Shown piece after piece: positions 46,201 through 47,847 of a DNA stretch of 47,847 nucleotides. The DNA is taken from NCBI GenBank assembly GCA_964402515.1, contig CAYOCM010000003.1, positions 1-47,847 on the forward strand, read 5' to 3'. A program made the position numbers and the translations under genes. The stretch's first letter is position 1, and the number at the start of each line of letters is the position of its first letter. The stretch is from an uncultured Ruminococcus sp. (GTDB lineage Bacteria > Bacillota > Clostridia > Oscillospirales > CAG-382). The notes below the pieces were generated by a model. It was not told the origin of the DNA and did no database searches. It saw only the letters and a program-made list of their open reading frames with translations.

Positions 46201-46949
46201 TAAACATCAAATCAAAGACCGAGCTTGCGCTGATGCGCGACGCGGGCAAAATAACCGCAATTGCACGTCAGGTTGGCGCCGAAGCCATCAAAGAGGGCGT
46301 TACTACCGCATCAATTGATGCAAAGATAAAGCAATGCATACTCTCGCACGGCGCAAAACCTTCGTTTTTGGGCTATAACGGATTTCCGGCCAGCGCATGT
46401 ATCAGCGTAAACGATGAAGTTATCCACGGCATTCCCGGTGACCGTGTGCTGAAAAAGGGCGACCTTGTAAAAATAGATGTCGGTGCCATGTATAAGGGAT
46501 ATCACGGCGATTGCGCGGGCAGTTACTTTGTCGGTGAAGCACCATCCGAACGTGCTGCAAAACTTGTTGCCGATACAGAGCAAAGCTTTTATAAAGGCGT
46601 TGCCGCTATTGTTGACGGTGCAAGGCTCGGTGATGTTTCTGCCTCAATAGGCGACTATTTATCGGCTCTCGGCTATGGCGTTATACGTGACTTTGTCGGT
46701 CATGGTATAGGCAGAGAAATGCATGAGGATCCGTCAATTCCCAATTACGGCAAGCCCGGCAGAGGCGTGCGCCTCTCAGAAGGCATGGTGCTTGCAATCG
46801 AGCCGATGGTAACGCTCGGTACTTGGGCAGTTTCTACCGCGGCAAACGGTTGGACGGTCTATACCAACGACCACAGTCTGGCTGCTCATTATGAAAATAC
46901 TGTTGCAATCACCCAAAACGGCCCCGAGATCTTTACAATACCGTGCTGA
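46197..46949 (+). CDS. map: Type I methionine aminopeptidase
   Basis: 250 aa. Metal ligands lie in DVGAMYKGYHGD, GHGIGREMHE and LAIEP. ATGA overlap with adk. Confidence 0.96.
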   Translation: MINIKSKTELALMRDAGKITAIARQVGAEAIKEGVTTASIDAKIKQCILSHGAKPSFLGYNGFPASACISVNDEVIHGIPGDRVLKKGDLVKIDVGAMYKGYHGDCAGSYFVGEAPSERAAKLVADTEQSFYKGVAAIVDGARLGDVSASIGDYLSALGYGVIRDFVGHGIGREMHEDPSIPNYGKPGRGVRLSEGMVLAIEPMVTLGTWAVSTAANGWTVYTNDHSLAAHYENTVAITQNGPEIFTIPC

Positions 46950-47040
46950 ATGAGGCATCGGGTTTGAGTATGTCTTGCCAAAAGGCAAGGCCAACCACTA
47001 AAAGCAGGCTTTGTGCAGCTTACAGTAAGGAGGAATTCTT

Positions 47041-47259
47041 CTGGCTAAAGACGATGTTATCGAATTTGAAGGCGTGGTGACAGAGGTTCTGCCTAACACG
47101 GTCTTTAAAGTCACTTTGTCAAACGGACATGTGGTCACGGCTCATATTTCGGGCAAGATGCGTATGCACTATATACGTATACTTCCCGGCGATAAGGTCA
47201 CGGTCGAGGTTTCGATCTATGATCTTACACAGGGCAGGATCACGTTCCGCTCAAAATAA
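47041..47259 (+). CDS. infA: Translation initiation factor IF-1, apparent CTG start
   Basis: 72 aa if started at CTG 47041: (M)[78 protein letters not shown] (47027-47033) lies 7 nt upstream. An in-frame TAA at 47026-47028 blocks any earlier start. The ORF track's GTG at 47074 would delete the conserved N-terminus. Confidence 0.85.
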   Translation: MAKDDVIEFEGVVTEVLPNTVFKVTLSNGHVVTAHISGKMRMHYIRILPGDKVTVEVSIYDLTQGRITFRSK

Positions 47260-47311
47260 GCCCGCGTCCTGTGCGGACTTCCGCTTTTATTCAAATAATT
47301 GGAGGCAAATA

Positions 47312-47425
47312 ATGAAAGTAAAACCTTCCGTAAAGAAAATGTGCGAGAAATGCAAGATCATTAAACGCAAGGGCAAAGTAATGGTCATCTGCGAAAATCC
47401 CAAGCACAAGCAGAAACAAGGTTAA
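47312..47425 (+). CDS. rpmJ: 50S ribosomal protein L36 (zinc form)
   Basis: 37 aa. [42 protein letters not shown] at 47301-47305. Confidence 0.95.
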   Translation: MKVKPSVKKMCEKCKIIKRKGKVMVICENPKHKQKQG

Positions 47426-47438
47426 GAGAGGTGTAAGA

Positions 47439-47813
47439 ATGGCTCGTATTTCAGGTGTTGATTTACCCAACAACAAAAGAGTAGAGATCGGTCTTTGCTA
47501 TATCTACGGTATCGGCAGGAGCCGCTCAAACGAGATACTTGCAAAAACCGGAATAAACCCCGATACCCGTGTTCGTGACCTCACAGAAGATGATATCGCA
47601 AAGCTTCGTGATGTTATCGAGAACGAGTATATAGTTGAGGGCGACCTCAGAAGAGACGTTGCGCTCAACATCAAGCGTATGGTTGAAATCGACTGCTATC
47701 GCGGCAGACGTCATAAAAAGGGCTTGCCTGTCAGAGGTCAGCGTACAAAGACCAATGCCAGAACTCGCAAAGGCCCCAAAAAGACCATCGCAAACAAGAA
47801 GAAAGGAGCTTAA
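47439..47813 (+). CDS. rpsM: 30S ribosomal protein S13
   Basis: 124 aa. [26 protein letters not shown]... Confidence 0.97.
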   Translation: MARISGVDLPNNKRVEIGLCYIYGIGRSRSNEILAKTGINPDTRVRDLTEDDIAKLRDVIENEYIVEGDLRRDVALNIKRMVEIDCYRGRRHKKGLPVRGQRTKTNARTRKGPKKTIANKKKGA

Positions 47814-47822
47814 GGCTTTACA

Positions 47823-47847
47823 ATGGCACAAAAGAAAGTTGTTATCA
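47823..47847 (+). CDS. rpsK: 30S ribosomal protein S11, first 8 codons only (runs off the window)
   Basis: ATG GCA CAA AAG AAA GTT GTT ATC (MAQKKVVI). The call rests mainly on the conserved rpsM-rpsK order. AAGGAG lies 14 nt upstream. Confidence 0.55.

Noticed and set aside
46974-46989. Hairpin CTTGCC-AAAA-GGCAAG between map and infA
   Set aside because: It has only a 6-bp stem and no U-tract. That is too weak to call a terminator or regulatory element without comparative support.
47074-47076. GTG at 47074, given by the ORF track as the infA start
   Set aside because: It would remove the conserved [11 protein letters not shown]-terminus, which is encoded in frame just upstream, and no RBS precedes it. 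CTG 47041 has a perfect AAGGAGG at 7 nt.
1-47847. Search for CRISPR repeats, tRNA/rRNA genes, transposases or integrases, inverted terminal repeats, phage or defence genes, and large non-coding RNAs
   Set aside because: I found no direct-repeat arrays and no tRNA-like T-arm motifs in any intergenic gap. No recombinase-like ORFs were seen. No non-coding stretch exceeds ~330 nt, and the longest is the S10 leader region. The window is core chromosome.

Overview
This 47.8 kb chromosomal window looks like a Bacillota (Clostridia-like) genome and is almost wall-to-wall housekeeping genes. Minus strand, 211-6802: an ABC-2 transporter pair followed by dgt-dnaG-rpoD. Plus strand, 6986-21609: 16 tightly packed genes. 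They begin with an uncharacterised trio (DUF5685-like protein, J-domain protein with a cysteine-string tail, small polytopic membrane protein). They continue as yicC-remA-gmk-rpoZ-priA-def-fmt-rsmB-rlmN-stp-prkC-rsgA-pssA. The middle section holds a 2Fe-2S/ASKHA (RACo-like) protein, two lipoproteins, a TrmK-Maf fusion ORF, yitT, yceD-rpmF, PDZ-radical-SAM(DUF512)-der-plsY-rarA, a phosphoglucomutase and a TSCPD protein. From 35193 to the window end lies the complete S10-spc-alpha ribosomal cluster (rpsJ through rpsM, start of rpsK) with secY-adk-map-infA-rpmJ. I saw no rRNA, tRNA, CRISPR array, transposase/integrase, prophage or recognisable defence genes. The largest non-coding stretch is the ~330 nt region upstream of rpsJ. 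The best second-look candidates are: (1) the translationally coupled DUF5685-like / Cys-string J-protein / membrane trio, whose first protein carries two DDxxD motifs reminiscent of squalene/phytoene synthases; (2) the TrmK-Maf fusion; (3) infA, which can only start at a non-canonical CTG; (4) a structured, terminator-containing S10 leader. All family assignments rest on motif recognition by eye and conserved gene order. No database search was run.
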